From assembly GCA_030693425.1 (NCBI GenBank), contig JAUYAM010000002.1, positions 186,949 to 250,948 on the forward strand: a DNA stretch of 64,000 bases, given 5' to 3'. Every line of letters begins with the position of its first letter. Positions within the stretch are counted from its first letter, which is position 1. The stretch is from a bacterium (GTDB lineage: Bacteria; Patescibacteriota; Minisyncoccia; Minisyncoccales; GWA2-46-15). Positions 18,340 to 28,950 of this stretch are shown here, in pieces. The notes below the pieces were generated by a model. That model was not told where the DNA came from. It did not search any database and saw only the letters and a program-made list of their open reading frames with translations. The translations under genes were made by a program, and so were the position numbers.

Positions 18340-19059
18340 TTAGATAACCTTTTTAATCTCAGCCCAGATTTTTTCGTGAATTGATTCGGGTGGCAGCAGT
18401 TTTTCGCTTTCAACGCATTCTATGACCGTGAAAAGTCCGGGGTATATTTTGGCGCTCCATAAATAAGAATCAAGGGCGTTTTTTTGATGATTTATGTCTT
18501 TTTCCAGCATGTCTCTAGGTTTTTCGCCTAAATAAGATTGCTTCTTGAAGAGTTTCTGTTGGTCTTTTATTTTACGCGAATCAGACAGTTCCACTGCTAT
18601 TTCCGGGGTTACTTTTAAAATAAAGTTTATGTCGGGCTCGGGGATCTTAAAAATCCCGTATTCCAGGTCAAAAATCCATTCTATAATTTTCTTTCTTTCC
18701 GCCAAGTCTTCTATTTGGCCCGCCTGGTGGCCGATATTAGACCCCACATAGCGGTCGCAGACGACAATTTTTCCTTCAGCCAGCCATCTTTTAATTTTAA
18801 AGCTGGCGTCATACCGGTCGCAGGCGTAAAAAATAGAAGCTCGCCAGGGGCCGACTTCAAGAGCGGTGCCGTATTTGCCGTTTAGATAGTCATCTACCAG
18901 GGTTGCCGATCTTTCGCCATGCTGAGGAAAATCAAAAAAGGCCACCGGATATCCCTCCTTTCGCAGGTGGCTTATCAAGAGGTTCGCTTGGGTTGATTTG
19001 CCGGAACCGTCTAAGCCGTCAAAAATAATGAGTTTTCCCGGATAAAGGCTGTTTTTCAT
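18340..19059 (-). CDS. tmk: thymidylate kinase
   Basis: P-loop IIFDGLDGSGKSTQ and the DRY motif. Confidence 0.9.
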   Translation of the reverse strand: MKNSLYPGKLIIFDGLDGSGKSTQANLLISHLRKEGYPVAFFDFPQHGERSATLVDDYLNGKYGTALEVGPWRASIFYACDRYDASFKIKRWLAEGKIVVCDRYVGSNIGHQAGQIEDLAERKKIIEWIFDLEYGIFKIPEPDINFILKVTPEIAVELSDSRKIKDQQKLFKKQSYLGEKPRDMLEKDINHQKNALDSYLWSAKIYPGLFTVIECVESEKLLPPESIHEKIWAEIKKVI

Positions 19060-19544
19060 ATTTTTCTCCTTTGGAGAGTAACAAAAGCGTAATTATAAGG
19101 ATTTTTGTCGTCTGGTTGACAGTTTCTGCGTTCTTTTTCCTCCCATTCCTCAGAATTATACTCGGGAAAATAGGCGTCGCCGGCAAACTCTTCATCTATC
19201 AAAGTTAGATACATTCTGTCGGCCAAAGGCAGAAACTGCTTATAGACCGACTCTCCCCCAACAATCATCACTTCTTCTTCTTTAGCCGCATTCAGCGCTT
19301 CTTCTAGAGAATGGGCGACGAGACAATCTTTTGCCCGAAAACCAGAGTCATTGCTGAGAACAATGTTGGTACGGCCAAACAAGGCTTTGCCTATCGACTC
19401 AAATGTCTTTTGCCCCATAATTACCGGTTTCCCAGAAGTTATTTCCCGAAAACGCTTCATGTCTGCCGGCAACCTCCAAGGCAAATTGTTATCATTTCCG
19501 ATAACGCGATTTTTGCCGATAGCGGCTATTATCGAAACAATCAT
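19056..19544 (-). CDS. folA: dihydrofolate reductase
   Basis: MIVSIIAAIGKNRVIGNDNNLPWRLPADMKRF... is the canonical DHFR N-terminus. Confidence 0.92.
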   Translation of the reverse strand: MIVSIIAAIGKNRVIGNDNNLPWRLPADMKRFREITSGKPVIMGQKTFESIGKALFGRTNIVLSNDSGFRAKDCLVAHSLEEALNAAKEEEVMIVGGESVYKQFLPLADRMYLTLIDEEFAGDAYFPEYNSEEWEEKERRNCQPDDKNPYNYAFVTLQRRKI

Positions 19545-19613
19545 CTATTTTACAGAGTTTTTAGTCTATGATATCCTATTATAAACATATTATAGCATAA
19601 CCAGGAAAACATT

Positions 19614-20153
19614 ATGAAGAAAAAAGAGGAAAAGATGATTATTTTAGATTACGGCAAACTTAAAAGAATAGTCGAAGCCCATAAAGCCCTTGGCCATAAA
19701 ATTGTCTGCACTATTGGATCTTGGGACATGCTTCACATCGGCCACTTGAGATATCTGATGAAAGCTAAAAGCCACGGCGACGTCCTCGTCGTCGGCGCAG
19801 ACAGCGATAGGGGCATCAAGCTTTACAAAAAGAACAACCTGCGGCCGGTGATACCGCAAAAAGAAAGGCTGGAGATGCTTAAATACCAGCAATGCGTTGA
19901 TTATGCCACTCTGATTGACGATATTGATAAAAAGGGAAACTGGCAGTACGGATTGGTCAAGGCAATCAGGCCGGATTTTTTCATTACCACTGACAGCTAT
20001 AGCAAAGAGCAAATCAAAAAACTTAGATTATACGCCGGCAAAGTCCTTAAGCTTACGCGTCAGGCCGGCCAGACTTCCACCACCGAATTTATTGAAAAAA
20101 CAGTCAAAAAGCACTTAAAATTTCTCGCTTCGGCGATGACCGCTAAAAAATAG
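19614..20153 (+). CDS. cytidylyltransferase-like nucleotidyltransferase (HIGH motif; RfaE domain II / TagD family-like)
   Basis: TIGSWDMLHIGHLRYL (HxGH motif) and a Rossmann-like fold, 179 aa. Confidence 0.65.
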   Translation: MKKKEEKMIILDYGKLKRIVEAHKALGHKIVCTIGSWDMLHIGHLRYLMKAKSHGDVLVVGADSDRGIKLYKKNNLRPVIPQKERLEMLKYQQCVDYATLIDDIDKKGNWQYGLVKAIRPDFFITTDSYSKEQIKKLRLYAGKVLKLTRQAGQTSTTEFIEKTVKKHLKFLASAMTAKK

Positions 20154-20156
20154 CCT

Positions 20157-20600
20157 ATGGCGAAAAGTTTTGTTGACATCAATAACGCCAAAAGGAAGGA
20201 TTACAAGAAAGTTATCTCTCGGATAAAACTGGATAAAAAGTGTCCTTTCTGTCCTGAAAATTTTCGATATCATAAAAAACCCATCCTTAAACGGAAGAAC
20301 AACTGGTTTTTGACCGAAAACTCTTGGCCGTACAAGAATTCCCGTTACCATTTCATCATTTGTCCTAAAAAACATAAGGAAACTATTTCTGAATTGACGA
20401 AAGCAGACATGGAATCTGTTATCTTTTTGGCCGGCTGGGCAATCAGGAGATTTCGAATAAAAGGGGGCGGCTTGATGGCAAGATTCGGTGACTCAAGGCT
20501 ATCAGGGACTTCGGTCACCCACCTTCATTTTCACATAGTTTCTCCTCAAGAAAACAAAAAAACCGGCCGTGCCAAAGCGGTCTTTTTTCCAATAGGCTAG
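20157..20600 (+). CDS. HIT-family protein (histidine triad HLHFHIV) with an N-terminal CPFC zinc motif; GalT/Ap4A-phosphorylase-like
   Basis: KCPFCPENF plus the HxHxHxx motif. 147 aa. Follows the nucleotidyltransferase after a 3-nt gap. Confidence 0.65.
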   Translation: MAKSFVDINNAKRKDYKKVISRIKLDKKCPFCPENFRYHKKPILKRKNNWFLTENSWPYKNSRYHFIICPKKHKETISELTKADMESVIFLAGWAIRRFRIKGGGLMARFGDSRLSGTSVTHLHFHIVSPQENKKTGRAKAVFFPIG

Positions 20601-21422
20601 CTAGATGCCGATTTCGGCCTTTATTGAAGGATGAGGGTCGTAATCTTCTAATTTGAGGTCTTCGTAGTCAAACTCGAAGATATTTTTTATTTCGGGGTTG
20701 AGAATCATTTTTGGCAACGGTCTTGGCTGACGCAAAAGCTGCTCTTTTGCCTGATTAATATGATTAAGGTAGATATGAGTATCAGAGATGGTGTGGATGA
20801 ATTCGTATGGTTTTAAATCGGTAACCTGGGCAACCATCATCAAGAGCAGCGAATAGGAGGCGATATTGAAGGGAACTCCGAGAAAAACATCGCCGCTTCT
20901 TTGGAATAAATGCAGGGATAATTTGCCCTGGGCCACGAAGAACTTGAAAAAACAGTGGCAGGGAGCGACAAAAACCTTATCAACGTCTTCCGGATCCCAA
21001 GCGGTTACGACTAGTCGTCGTGAATCTGAAAAAGCCTTTATTTCCTTAATGACATCGCTGATTTGATCAATCGTTTTGCCGTCTCTGGTTTTCCAGCGCC
21101 TCCACTTCTCGCCGTAAATCGGTCCCAATTCTCCTGGAGGAAGATTGTACTTGGCACAAGCTTCGGGCGTAGCCCACTCATCCCAGATAGTCACCCCGTG
21201 ATCGTGAAGATATTGCACGTTTGTATCCCCCCGCAAAAACCAGAGCAATTCATAGATAATTGACTTTAAGGGCATTTTTTTTGTAGTCAAGAGAGGGAAG
21301 CCGTCATCCATCTTAAAACGCATCTGGTAGCCGCAAACAGCAAGGTTGCCAATGCCTTGAGGATCGCCTTTTCTTTCTCCGTTTTCTAAAACGTATTTCA
21401 GTAAGTCCAGATATTGTTTCAT
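20601..21422 (-). CDS. thyA: thymidylate synthase
   Basis: Canonical ThyA ([15 protein letters not shown]..., catalytic Cys region PCHCFFKF). 273 aa. Confidence 0.95.
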   Translation of the reverse strand: MKQYLDLLKYVLENGERKGDPQGIGNLAVCGYQMRFKMDDGFPLLTTKKMPLKSIIYELLWFLRGDTNVQYLHDHGVTIWDEWATPEACAKYNLPPGELGPIYGEKWRRWKTRDGKTIDQISDVIKEIKAFSDSRRLVVTAWDPEDVDKVFVAPCHCFFKFFVAQGKLSLHLFQRSGDVFLGVPFNIASYSLLLMMVAQVTDLKPYEFIHTISDTHIYLNHINQAKEQLLRQPRPLPKMILNPEIKNIFEFDYEDLKLEDYDPHPSIKAEIGI

Positions 21423-22255
21423 TTTAACATTGGCAAACGGATTATTTTGATGCCGGCTGACTTTAACATTTTTCTGCCGTCAAGGGTTGACGCGCCCTCA
21501 CAAAAATAAATCTTCCTGATGCCGGAATAAACAATAAGCTTGGCGCAAACCGAACATGGAAAATGCGTTAGATAAAGAGCGGTTTTGTTTAGCGACAAGC
21601 CGTTTTTGGCTGCTTCGGCGATAATTCTCTGCTCCGCATGGATGATATTGTTTAAATCCTGTCTTTCTCCGGCGGCAAAGAAATCCCTGACGCCGCCGAC
21701 CTGATAAATAGAATGGTCCGTAGGCAGAGCTTGGTTATAGGTCCGCAGTATTATCTCGCCGTTCTTCAGGAGCACCGCCCCCGCCTGGCGCCACCAATCG
21801 CTGCTTTTTTGCGCTTCGTCATAGGCCTTTTTCATTATGGCAATGTCAAAAGGATTCTTGGAAAAAGGTACGTTTTTGACCGGCATTTCAGCCACGATAG
21901 ATTCTTTGTCCCAACGCAGGAAAACCGAAGCCCATTTCACGTCTCCCCCCTTAAAATACTTTTCATTCAGGTTTCTAGAAACCTCGTCGTTGATAAGAAG
22001 AATCTTTTTACCATAGATTTCTTTAAGAGTATTTAAAGAAAAGGTTTGAACTTTGTCAAAACCCATGATTCTCAATAATTTCTTGCAGTCAGCCGCCTCT
22101 ATGGAAGTGATATCCGGTTCAAATCTCGAAAGCCTGTTAACCAATCTGTTGCCAAGAAGAAAAATTGAAGAGATCCTTTTTTTGTTCTTTTTTAGAAAAT
22201 CTAAATATCCTTGATGCAGAACGGGAACATGAGCAATAAGAATTCTTTTCTCCAT
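21419..22255 (-). CDS. dCMP/cytidine deaminase with a ~130-aa N-terminal domain of unknown function
   Basis: C-terminal zinc-binding motifs HAEQRII...PCSVCAKLI. No family recognised for the N-terminal domain. 4-nt overlap with thyA. Confidence 0.75.
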   Translation of the reverse strand: MEKRILIAHVPVLHQGYLDFLKKNKKRISSIFLLGNRLVNRLSRFEPDITSIEAADCKKLLRIMGFDKVQTFSLNTLKEIYGKKILLINDEVSRNLNEKYFKGGDVKWASVFLRWDKESIVAEMPVKNVPFSKNPFDIAIMKKAYDEAQKSSDWWRQAGAVLLKNGEIILRTYNQALPTDHSIYQVGGVRDFFAAGERQDLNNIIHAEQRIIAEAAKNGLSLNKTALYLTHFPCSVCAKLIVYSGIRKIYFCEGASTLDGRKMLKSAGIKIIRLPMLK

Positions 22256-22271
22256 CGGGAGGAATATTTAT

Positions 22272-22694
22272 TTACTCTATATCAACCCCCATATTTCTGG
22301 CCGTGCCCTCAATAATCTTCTCGGCTGCTTCTATGGTATCGGCATTGAGGTCCGGAAACTTAGTCTTGGCGATCTCCCTGAGCTGGGCTTTAGTAATCTT
22401 GCCAGCTTTGACAGTATTTGGCGTGCCAGAACCTTTTTCTATGGCAGCTGCCTTTTTCAGGAGTTCAGTCACCAGAGGCGTTTTCGCCTTAAAGATGTAA
22501 GATCTGTCTTCAAAAACGGTGACTTCGACCGGCAATTTAGATCCTATCTGCGATTTTGTCTGTTCGTTGAACTTCTGGCAGAATTCGGCGATATTGACGC
22601 CCTGCTGGGCCAGAGCCGGTCCCACCGGCGGCGCCGGAGTTGCCTGGCCGGCCGGCACTTGTAGTTTCAGGACTGCCTTTATTTTTTTAGCCAT
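22272..22694 (-). CDS. rplK: 50S ribosomal protein L11
   Basis: [34 protein letters not shown]... is canonical L11. Confidence 0.95.
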   Translation of the reverse strand: MAKKIKAVLKLQVPAGQATPAPPVGPALAQQGVNIAEFCQKFNEQTKSQIGSKLPVEVTVFEDRSYIFKAKTPLVTELLKKAAAIEKGSGTPNTVKAGKITKAQLREIAKTKFPDLNADTIEAAEKIIEGTARNMGVDIE

Positions 22695-22710
22695 TTTAAT
22701 TTCAGTTAAC

Positions 22711-23256
22711 CTAGACTTTCTTTATTTGTAATGAATCCAGCTCTACCGGCGTGTCCCGGCCGAACATATTGATCAAAACCTTGACTTTCCCCCTTTCTTC
22801 GTCAACCTCGGAGATCTTGCCGTCAAAGTCCTTAAAGGGCCCATCAGTGATTTTTACCAAGTCGCCAATTTTGACGTCGATTTTAAAACGCGGCTCCTCA
22901 ACTCCCATCCGTTTTTTCAACGTTTCGATCTCCTGCGGTGAAACCGGAATCGGGGTTGTGCCGGCGCCGACAAAGCCGGTGACGTTAGGAGTATTCCTGA
23001 CCACGTACCAGGAATCATCGGTAACGATCATTTCGACCAGGACGTACCCGGGATAAATCTTTTCCTCGACGACCCGCCTCTTGCCGTTCTTTATCTTGAT
23101 TTTTTTTTCTTTGGGGACGACGACGTTAAAAATCTTGTCTTCCATTCCCAAAGACTCGATCCTTTGTTTCAAGTTCCTGGCGACGGCGTCCTCATATCCC
23201 GAATAGGTGTGGATGACGTACCAGTTCTTTTGCTGAGGCAGTTTTTGTTTTGGCAC
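22711..23256 (-). CDS. nusG: transcription termination/antitermination factor NusG (GTG start)
   Basis: NGN domain [11 protein letters not shown] and KOW domain [18 protein letters not shown]. Confidence 0.92.
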   Translation of the reverse strand: MPKQKLPQQKNWYVIHTYSGYEDAVARNLKQRIESLGMEDKIFNVVVPKEKKIKIKNGKRRVVEEKIYPGYVLVEMIVTDDSWYVVRNTPNVTGFVGAGTTPIPVSPQEIETLKKRMGVEEPRFKIDVKIGDLVKITDGPFKDFDGKISEVDEERGKVKVLINMFGRDTPVELDSLQIKKV

Positions 23257-23260
23257 TATG

Positions 23261-23345
23261 CTTGTATCTGGTATCTTGTATCTGGTATCTGGTATCTAAC
23301 GCTTAAATCGTATACTGAATACAAAATACTCGATACTAAATACAT
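23261..23345. repeat. AT-rich GTATYT-unit hairpin repeat (family A), copy 3, filling the secE–nusG spacer
   Basis: Forward arm (GTATCTG)n, loop AACGCTTAAATC, then the reverse-complement arm ATACAAAATACTCGATACTAAATACA. Confidence 0.75.
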
Positions 23346-23351
23346 CGTTAT

Positions 23352-23549
23352 TTATTGCCGTAGTATAACCTTATTTAACAGTCTCGTAAACCCAAAGTCG
23401 ATGCCGCCCAAGAATACGGCCAAAATCACCGAAAGGATTATGACCAGCAGGGTATAATTCAAAACTTCTTTCTGGGTCGGCCAGTTGACCTTTTTCGTTT
23501 CTACTAAAACCTCCTTTAGGAAGCTTATGATGCGATCAAATATCTTCAT
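23352..23549 (-). CDS. secE: preprotein translocase subunit SecE
   Basis: 65 aa with a single C-terminal TM helix, in the conserved position upstream of nusG. Confidence 0.85.
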   Translation of the reverse strand: MKIFDRIISFLKEVLVETKKVNWPTQKEVLNYTLLVIILSVILAVFLGGIDFGFTRLLNKVILRQ

Positions 23550-23567
23550 ATTGTGCGGTTTTAACGA

Positions 23568-25712
23568 TTAGACATCTAGGTTTTTAACTTTTTTGGCATA
23601 GGCCAAAATGAATTTCTTTCTCGGGAAAACTTCATCGCCCATCAGGATGTCGAAAATCCTGTCCGCTTCTCTGGCGTTTTCAATTGTCACCTGCTTTAAC
23701 ACCCTGTTTTCCGGGCTCATAGTCGTTTCCCAGAGCTGTTCCGGATTCATTTCTCCCAACCCTTTATAGCGCTGAATGTTCAAACCGGCAACCTTCTGCT
23801 CGTTGGCCGACTCTTCTTCTGTAGTCGCCATCTCGCCGGACTCATCTGATTTTAAATTCTTAACGCCTTTTTTTCGCTTTTCGGTTTGCGCTTTAAACTG
23901 CCTAAGTTCTGCTATTACTTTTTCCTTTTGGTCCTCGGTATAAGCGTATTTTATGTCTTTGCCCGCCTGAATCCTGTAGAGCGGCGGCTGGGCGATGTAG
24001 ATATAGCCTTTATCGATCAAAACCTTGAAATAGCGGTAAAACAGCGTCAAAAGCAGAGTTTTAATATGATTTCCGTCAGAATCTGCATCACACATAATGA
24101 CGATCCGGTGGTACCTTAATTTCTCAATGTCAAAATCCTGGGCAATGGCAGTGCCCATGGCAATTATCAAAGCCCTGATTTCCTTAGAATCGAGCATTCT
24201 GTCCAATCTGGCCCTTTCAACATTAAGGATCTTGCCTTTCAAGGGCAGAATGGCCTGAAAATGGCGGTCTCTTGCCTGGCGAGAACTGCCTCCGGCTGAT
24301 TCTCCCTCGACGATATAAAGTTCGGAGTCCTGAGGCTCCCTGGAAGTGCAGTCAGCCAGCTTTCCCGGCAAAGACAGGCCGTCTAAGATGCCTTTTCTCA
24401 AGACGGTTTCCCTGGCCGCTTTGGCCGCTTTCCTGGCTTTAGCCGATAAAATGCATTTGTCGATAATTGCCGAAGCGTCATTGGGATTCCTTTCCAGAAA
24501 ATCGTTCAAGCCTTCGATGACAATCGTTTCGACTGCGGCTTTGGCCTCGACGTTCCCGAGCTTTGCCTTAGTCTGCCCCTCAAACTGAGGCTCTTTGATC
24601 TTCACCGAAATCACTCCGACCAGGCCTTCTCTGATGTCCTCGCCGGATAAATTTTCGTCTTTTTCTTTCAGGAAGCCGTTTTTTCTGGCGTAATCGTTAA
24701 ACCCCCTGGTCAAGGCGCCCCTGAAGCCGGTAATGTGGGTACCGCCTTCCTGGGTGAAAATATTGTTGGCAAAAGCCTCTTCATAGCCCTCAACTTCTTC
24801 GGTGTACTGAAAGGCAGACTCGACCATCACGCCGTCTTTCTCGCCCGAGCAGTAGAAAATATTCGGGTGCCTGAGGCTTGATCCGCGGACTAGGTATTTG
24901 ACATAAGAGCTGACTCCTCCCTCGAAATAGAAATTATAACTCAGTTTTTGCTCGTTCCTTTCGTCAGAAACCTCGATTTTCACTCCCCGGGTCAGATAAG
25001 CCTGCTGGCGGAGATGGTTCAAGATTCTCTTTAAGTCAAACTTGATTTCTTTGAAGATCTCCGGGTCGGGCTCGAAAGTAACGGTGGTGCCGCTGCCTCG
25101 GCAAGGGCCGATTTTTTGGACTCTGGTTTTAACTTTGCCTCTTTGGTATTCCTGGGCGTATCTGAAGCCCTGGCGGCAGACCTCGACCCTCATCCAGCTA
25201 GACAAGGCGCAGACCACAGAAACCCCGACTCCGTGGAGTCCGCCGGCCACCTGATAAGCTTTGCCTCCGAACTTGGCTCCGGCGTGCAGGGTCGTCATCA
25301 CCGTTTCCAAAGCGGATTTTTTTGTCTGTTTATGAATTTCGACTGGAATTCCCCGGCCGTCGTCTATGGTTCTGACTTTGTTTCCCGGAAAAAGAGTCAC
25401 TTCTATATTCTTGGCGTAACCTCCCATCGCTTCGTCAAGTGAATTGTCAACGCATTCCCACACTAAATGGTGCAGGCCATCGGGCCCGGTGGATCCGATG
25501 TACATTCCCGGTCTTTTTCTGACCGGTTCCAGGCCTTCCAAAACGTAAATATCAGCGGCAGTATAGCTGTCTTTCTTATCCGCCTTAGCCGGGAGGACTT
25601 CTTTTTCGGCCGTCGGTTTTACTGCCGGATTTCCGGTTTTGACTGGTTTTTTTGATTTCGGTCTCGCCTTTGTTTTTTTCTGCTTTGGTTTTGTTTTTTT
25701 CTTCTTTATCAT
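23568..25712 (-). CDS. gyrB: DNA gyrase subunit B (with a K-rich N-terminal extension)
   Basis: GHKL ATPase motifs (HHLVWECVDNSLDEAMGGY), TOPRIM EGDSAGG, and the C-terminal ...NLDV. Confidence 0.93.
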   Translation of the reverse strand: MIKKKKTKPKQKKTKARPKSKKPVKTGNPAVKPTAEKEVLPAKADKKDSYTAADIYVLEGLEPVRKRPGMYIGSTGPDGLHHLVWECVDNSLDEAMGGYAKNIEVTLFPGNKVRTIDDGRGIPVEIHKQTKKSALETVMTTLHAGAKFGGKAYQVAGGLHGVGVSVVCALSSWMRVEVCRQGFRYAQEYQRGKVKTRVQKIGPCRGSGTTVTFEPDPEIFKEIKFDLKRILNHLRQQAYLTRGVKIEVSDERNEQKLSYNFYFEGGVSSYVKYLVRGSSLRHPNIFYCSGEKDGVMVESAFQYTEEVEGYEEAFANNIFTQEGGTHITGFRGALTRGFNDYARKNGFLKEKDENLSGEDIREGLVGVISVKIKEPQFEGQTKAKLGNVEAKAAVETIVIEGLNDFLERNPNDASAIIDKCILSAKARKAAKAARETVLRKGILDGLSLPGKLADCTSREPQDSELYIVEGESAGGSSRQARDRHFQAILPLKGKILNVERARLDRMLDSKEIRALIIAMGTAIAQDFDIEKLRYHRIVIMCDADSDGNHIKTLLLTLFYRYFKVLIDKGYIYIAQPPLYRIQAGKDIKYAYTEDQKEKVIAELRQFKAQTEKRKKGVKNLKSDESGEMATTEEESANEQKVAGLNIQRYKGLGEMNPEQLWETTMSPENRVLKQVTIENAREADRIFDILMGDEVFPRKKFILAYAKKVKNLDV

Positions 25713-27754
25713 GGTTTGATTCCAAATATCTTTAAATGGCTTTCTTTGGCTTGTTTGTCAGTAAGCCCCATATAAGAAACTTTTATTGTATAGCGAATCT
25801 TGTTCTTCAAAGGGAATCTATCAATCACCTCAAGACTCCAAAGATTGTTTTTGCCAATCTTGGCTTTTATCGTCTTCAAGAGCTCATTGATGTTTTCTTT
25901 TTGACCCAGTTCGAGATTGGCGTCCAAAACCACCAATTTTTCGGTCAGCTCGACCACCGGATTTAAAGAAAAGTCTTGGCAAAGACGGCTTATCTTGGAA
26001 AGGCTGATTTCGGCAAAAGCGATGTTTTTGTGCTCAGAAGAATTGATTTTGTATAATATGCCAATTTTTTCTCTGACAGAAATGTCCCAGCAGGAGAAAG
26101 GATTGGCAATCCTTGGTTTTGTTCTAGCCAGAGGGTAATCAATGTCGCCAAGACCCAAAGATCTTAACAAGACTTCTATCGTCCTTCTTAAGTCTTGGAC
26201 GATTTTGCCTTTTTCTTTTTTAATTAAGATGCCGAGGCTGTCTTCTTCAAGAAAGTCTTGCCCTTTTTTGCCAAAGACCCTGCCTATCTCAAATATGCTG
26301 ATTTTCTCAACATTCTTCTTTTTGTATTCAGCCAACTGCGAAAGAAGGCTCGGAGCGATTGACTGCCTGAGATCCGGGAATTCTTCGTTGACAGAATTCT
26401 GGGTGGAGATGTTTTCCCAATCCTGATAATTAGTGGCTAGATTAATGTCTTTTTTGGTCAATGGCCAAGAAAGGATTTCGTCAAACTCTAAGCATGCCAG
26501 AATGTCCCTGGTTTTTTCTGAAATATCGATTGTTTTTGGAGTAATCGAGCTTACCACCGAAAAGGCTGGGGCCTGATCTGAGGGAATCTTTTCAAAGCCA
26601 AAGATGCGGATAACTTCCTCAACCACATCTTCTGGAATAACTATGTCGGTCCGGTCTTGCGGAGGCATAACGAACCAGGCATTTTTTGACCTCAAGACCT
26701 TGAATCTCAAAGTTTTGAGGATTTTTAGAGACTGGGATTCAGGAATGTTAATGCCGGCAAAAATACTGGCAAGCTTTGGATCAAACTTAATCCTTGAATT
26801 AAGCTGCTCTTTCGGATAAAAGCTAAAGGGTTTGGCAATAATCTTGCCGCCAGCCTCTTTAAGAATCAGAGAAATTAAAAACCTCATGGCAAAATCCAGT
26901 CCTTGAGAATCAAGATCTTTTTCTAATCTAGTGCTGGCTTCGGTGTTGATCTTCAGATTTCTGGCGTCTCTCCTTATGGAAACCCTGTCGTAGATCGCCA
27001 TTTCGGCAATCAGATTCCGGCTGTTTTTATCAATAGCGGCAATTTTCCCGCCGACAATCCCAGCCAGGCCCAGGATATTCTTTTCATCTTTGAGGATGAC
27101 TTCTCTTCCGGATAGCTTTACTTGAGTTCCGTCAAGAGTGGTAATTTCTTTGAAAATCTTGTTAACAGACCAGCAGAGACTGCCTGCCATTTTGTCTTTG
27201 TCTAAAAGATGAGAGGGGTATCCGGTAATGATCATGGCGTAATTTGAAAGATCGACCAGAAGATTAATGCTGTTAATATCGTAAAAAACTAAAAACTCCT
27301 TCAGCCAGGACGGAGATTCCTTGTTTTTCACTCCGGTAATTTCAAAAGCTAAAGCCCGCTTAACCTGTTTTTTTGCTTCAACTCTAATATAAGAACCTGC
27401 CTCGCTAACGCTCGGCAGAACCTTGATTCCTCGCTTCGCTCGGAATTCGGAGCCGTCGTAACCACGCAACGCGTTTTTCACGGCCGTGAAAAACGCATTA
27501 CTGGCAGGGACTGGGGACTTACAAGCTAAACCGTAAAAGGCAGCTGTTTCCCTTGCCAAGCCCATGACTGACAAACAGTCAGCCCGGTTCTGCCTGACTT
27601 CCAGGCTAATCAAATAATCTTTCTTGCCCTGGAACCTGACCTCTTTTAAACCGTCCATCATTGAGCCTGTCATGGTAAACCTTTCTCCAATCTGCTTTGG
27701 CGTTGCTTTCAATCCTGGAACAAACTTCTTTAATTGGCTGTATAATAGTTTCAC
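25709..27754 (-). CDS. pheT: phenylalanyl-tRNA synthetase beta subunit
   Basis: 681 aa containing B3/4 and B5 domains. 4-nt overlap with gyrB. Directly downstream of pheS. Confidence 0.85.
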   Translation of the reverse strand: MKLLYSQLKKFVPGLKATPKQIGERFTMTGSMMDGLKEVRFQGKKDYLISLEVRQNRADCLSVMGLARETAAFYGLACKSPVPASNAFFTAVKNALRGYDGSEFRAKRGIKVLPSVSEAGSYIRVEAKKQVKRALAFEITGVKNKESPSWLKEFLVFYDINSINLLVDLSNYAMIITGYPSHLLDKDKMAGSLCWSVNKIFKEITTLDGTQVKLSGREVILKDEKNILGLAGIVGGKIAAIDKNSRNLIAEMAIYDRVSIRRDARNLKINTEASTRLEKDLDSQGLDFAMRFLISLILKEAGGKIIAKPFSFYPKEQLNSRIKFDPKLASIFAGINIPESQSLKILKTLRFKVLRSKNAWFVMPPQDRTDIVIPEDVVEEVIRIFGFEKIPSDQAPAFSVVSSITPKTIDISEKTRDILACLEFDEILSWPLTKKDINLATNYQDWENISTQNSVNEEFPDLRQSIAPSLLSQLAEYKKKNVEKISIFEIGRVFGKKGQDFLEEDSLGILIKKEKGKIVQDLRRTIEVLLRSLGLGDIDYPLARTKPRIANPFSCWDISVREKIGILYKINSSEHKNIAFAEISLSKISRLCQDFSLNPVVELTEKLVVLDANLELGQKENINELLKTIKAKIGKNNLWSLEVIDRFPLKNKIRYTIKVSYMGLTDKQAKESHLKIFGIKP

Positions 27755-27784
27755 CTTAATTAGAATAATTAGAAATTAGGTCAA

Positions 27785-28825
27785 TTAGTTATTTAGAGCA
27801 TTCTCTCCTTCGTGATATTTATAGGCCAGGTTTCCGCCCAACAGAGTTCTGATATCGGAAATTTTGTATTTGGCCATTACCCAGCGGTCTAATCCCAAGC
27901 CAAAAGCAAAACCCATCCACTTTTTACTGTCTATGCCTGCCATTTTCATGACATTGGGATGAATGATGCCAGCGCCTCCCATTTCAATCCAGCCGACATT
28001 TTTGCAAAGAGAACAGCCTTTGCCCTGGCAGTTGAAACAGAGGATATCAAGGCCAACCCCTGGCTCTACCTCTGGGTAGTATTTGTTTCTGTACCTGACA
28101 ACCACTCTTGGCCCGTACATCTTTTTGAAAAGGAGGCTAAAGGTGCCAAAAAGGTCTTTCAGGCTGACCCTGTTTAAAATGGCAACTCCCTGATAGTGAT
28201 GGAAGATAAAATGGTTGCTCTTGTTGACCTTTTCATTGCGATAAACTCTGCCTGGACAGACAAATTTCATCGGTGGCTTAAAATTAGCCATGGTTCTTGT
28301 CTCAACCGAAGAAGTATGGGTTCTTAAAAGAAAATCAGGCTCCTGGATATAAATAGTATCTTGCATGTCCATGGCCGGATGGTCCTTGGGCACATTCAGC
28401 CTTCTGAAATTGTATTCGTCGGTTTCGATCTCCGGCCCGTCGACAACGCTGTAGCCCATCTCAATAAAAATCTTATTGAGCATCCTGATAGTCTGGGTGA
28501 TCGGATGGAGATGGCCGATTTTTGGCAGTTCATATCCCAGAGTTTCGGCTTCAGCTTTCATTGCATCTTGCAAATGGCCGACGCCCAGAGTTCCTTTTTT
28601 CGATTCCATTAAGCCGATTATCCCCTTCTGGAGATTATTGATGTCCCCTCCGAGTCTTTTTCTCTCTGTCTCGGGCAGGATTTTTATTCCCTTAAAAAGC
28701 TTTTTGACCTCTCCTTTGCTTCCGAGGTATTTTGAGAAAAGCTGATCTAAATCAGCCACGGTTTTTGCCGCAACAATCTCTTTTTCCGCTTTATTTTTCA
28801 GCGATTTTAGGTCGATTCCAGGCAT
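27785..28825 (-). CDS. pheS: phenylalanyl-tRNA synthetase alpha subunit
   Basis: HPAMDMQDTIY motif and the class II core. Confidence 0.93.
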   Translation of the reverse strand: MPGIDLKSLKNKAEKEIVAAKTVADLDQLFSKYLGSKGEVKKLFKGIKILPETERKRLGGDINNLQKGIIGLMESKKGTLGVGHLQDAMKAEAETLGYELPKIGHLHPITQTIRMLNKIFIEMGYSVVDGPEIETDEYNFRRLNVPKDHPAMDMQDTIYIQEPDFLLRTHTSSVETRTMANFKPPMKFVCPGRVYRNEKVNKSNHFIFHHYQGVAILNRVSLKDLFGTFSLLFKKMYGPRVVVRYRNKYYPEVEPGVGLDILCFNCQGKGCSLCKNVGWIEMGGAGIIHPNVMKMAGIDSKKWMGFAFGLGLDRWVMAKYKISDIRTLLGGNLAYKYHEGENALNN

Positions 28826-28950
28826 ATTCCCTTAACTTCTATACCTCTATTTTACCTTAAAATTAAGATAAAGGCAAGGCAAAACAGGTGTGGAAAACTA
28901 AACACAACAATGATAAGACGGCTCCGTGGAGCCGCCTTAATCGTATATCT

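Noticed and set aside
18415-18440. RNase P RNA-like motif GAAAAGTCCGGGG
   Set aside because: It lies inside the well-supported tmk coding sequence and lacks the remaining P4 and other conserved RNase P elements.
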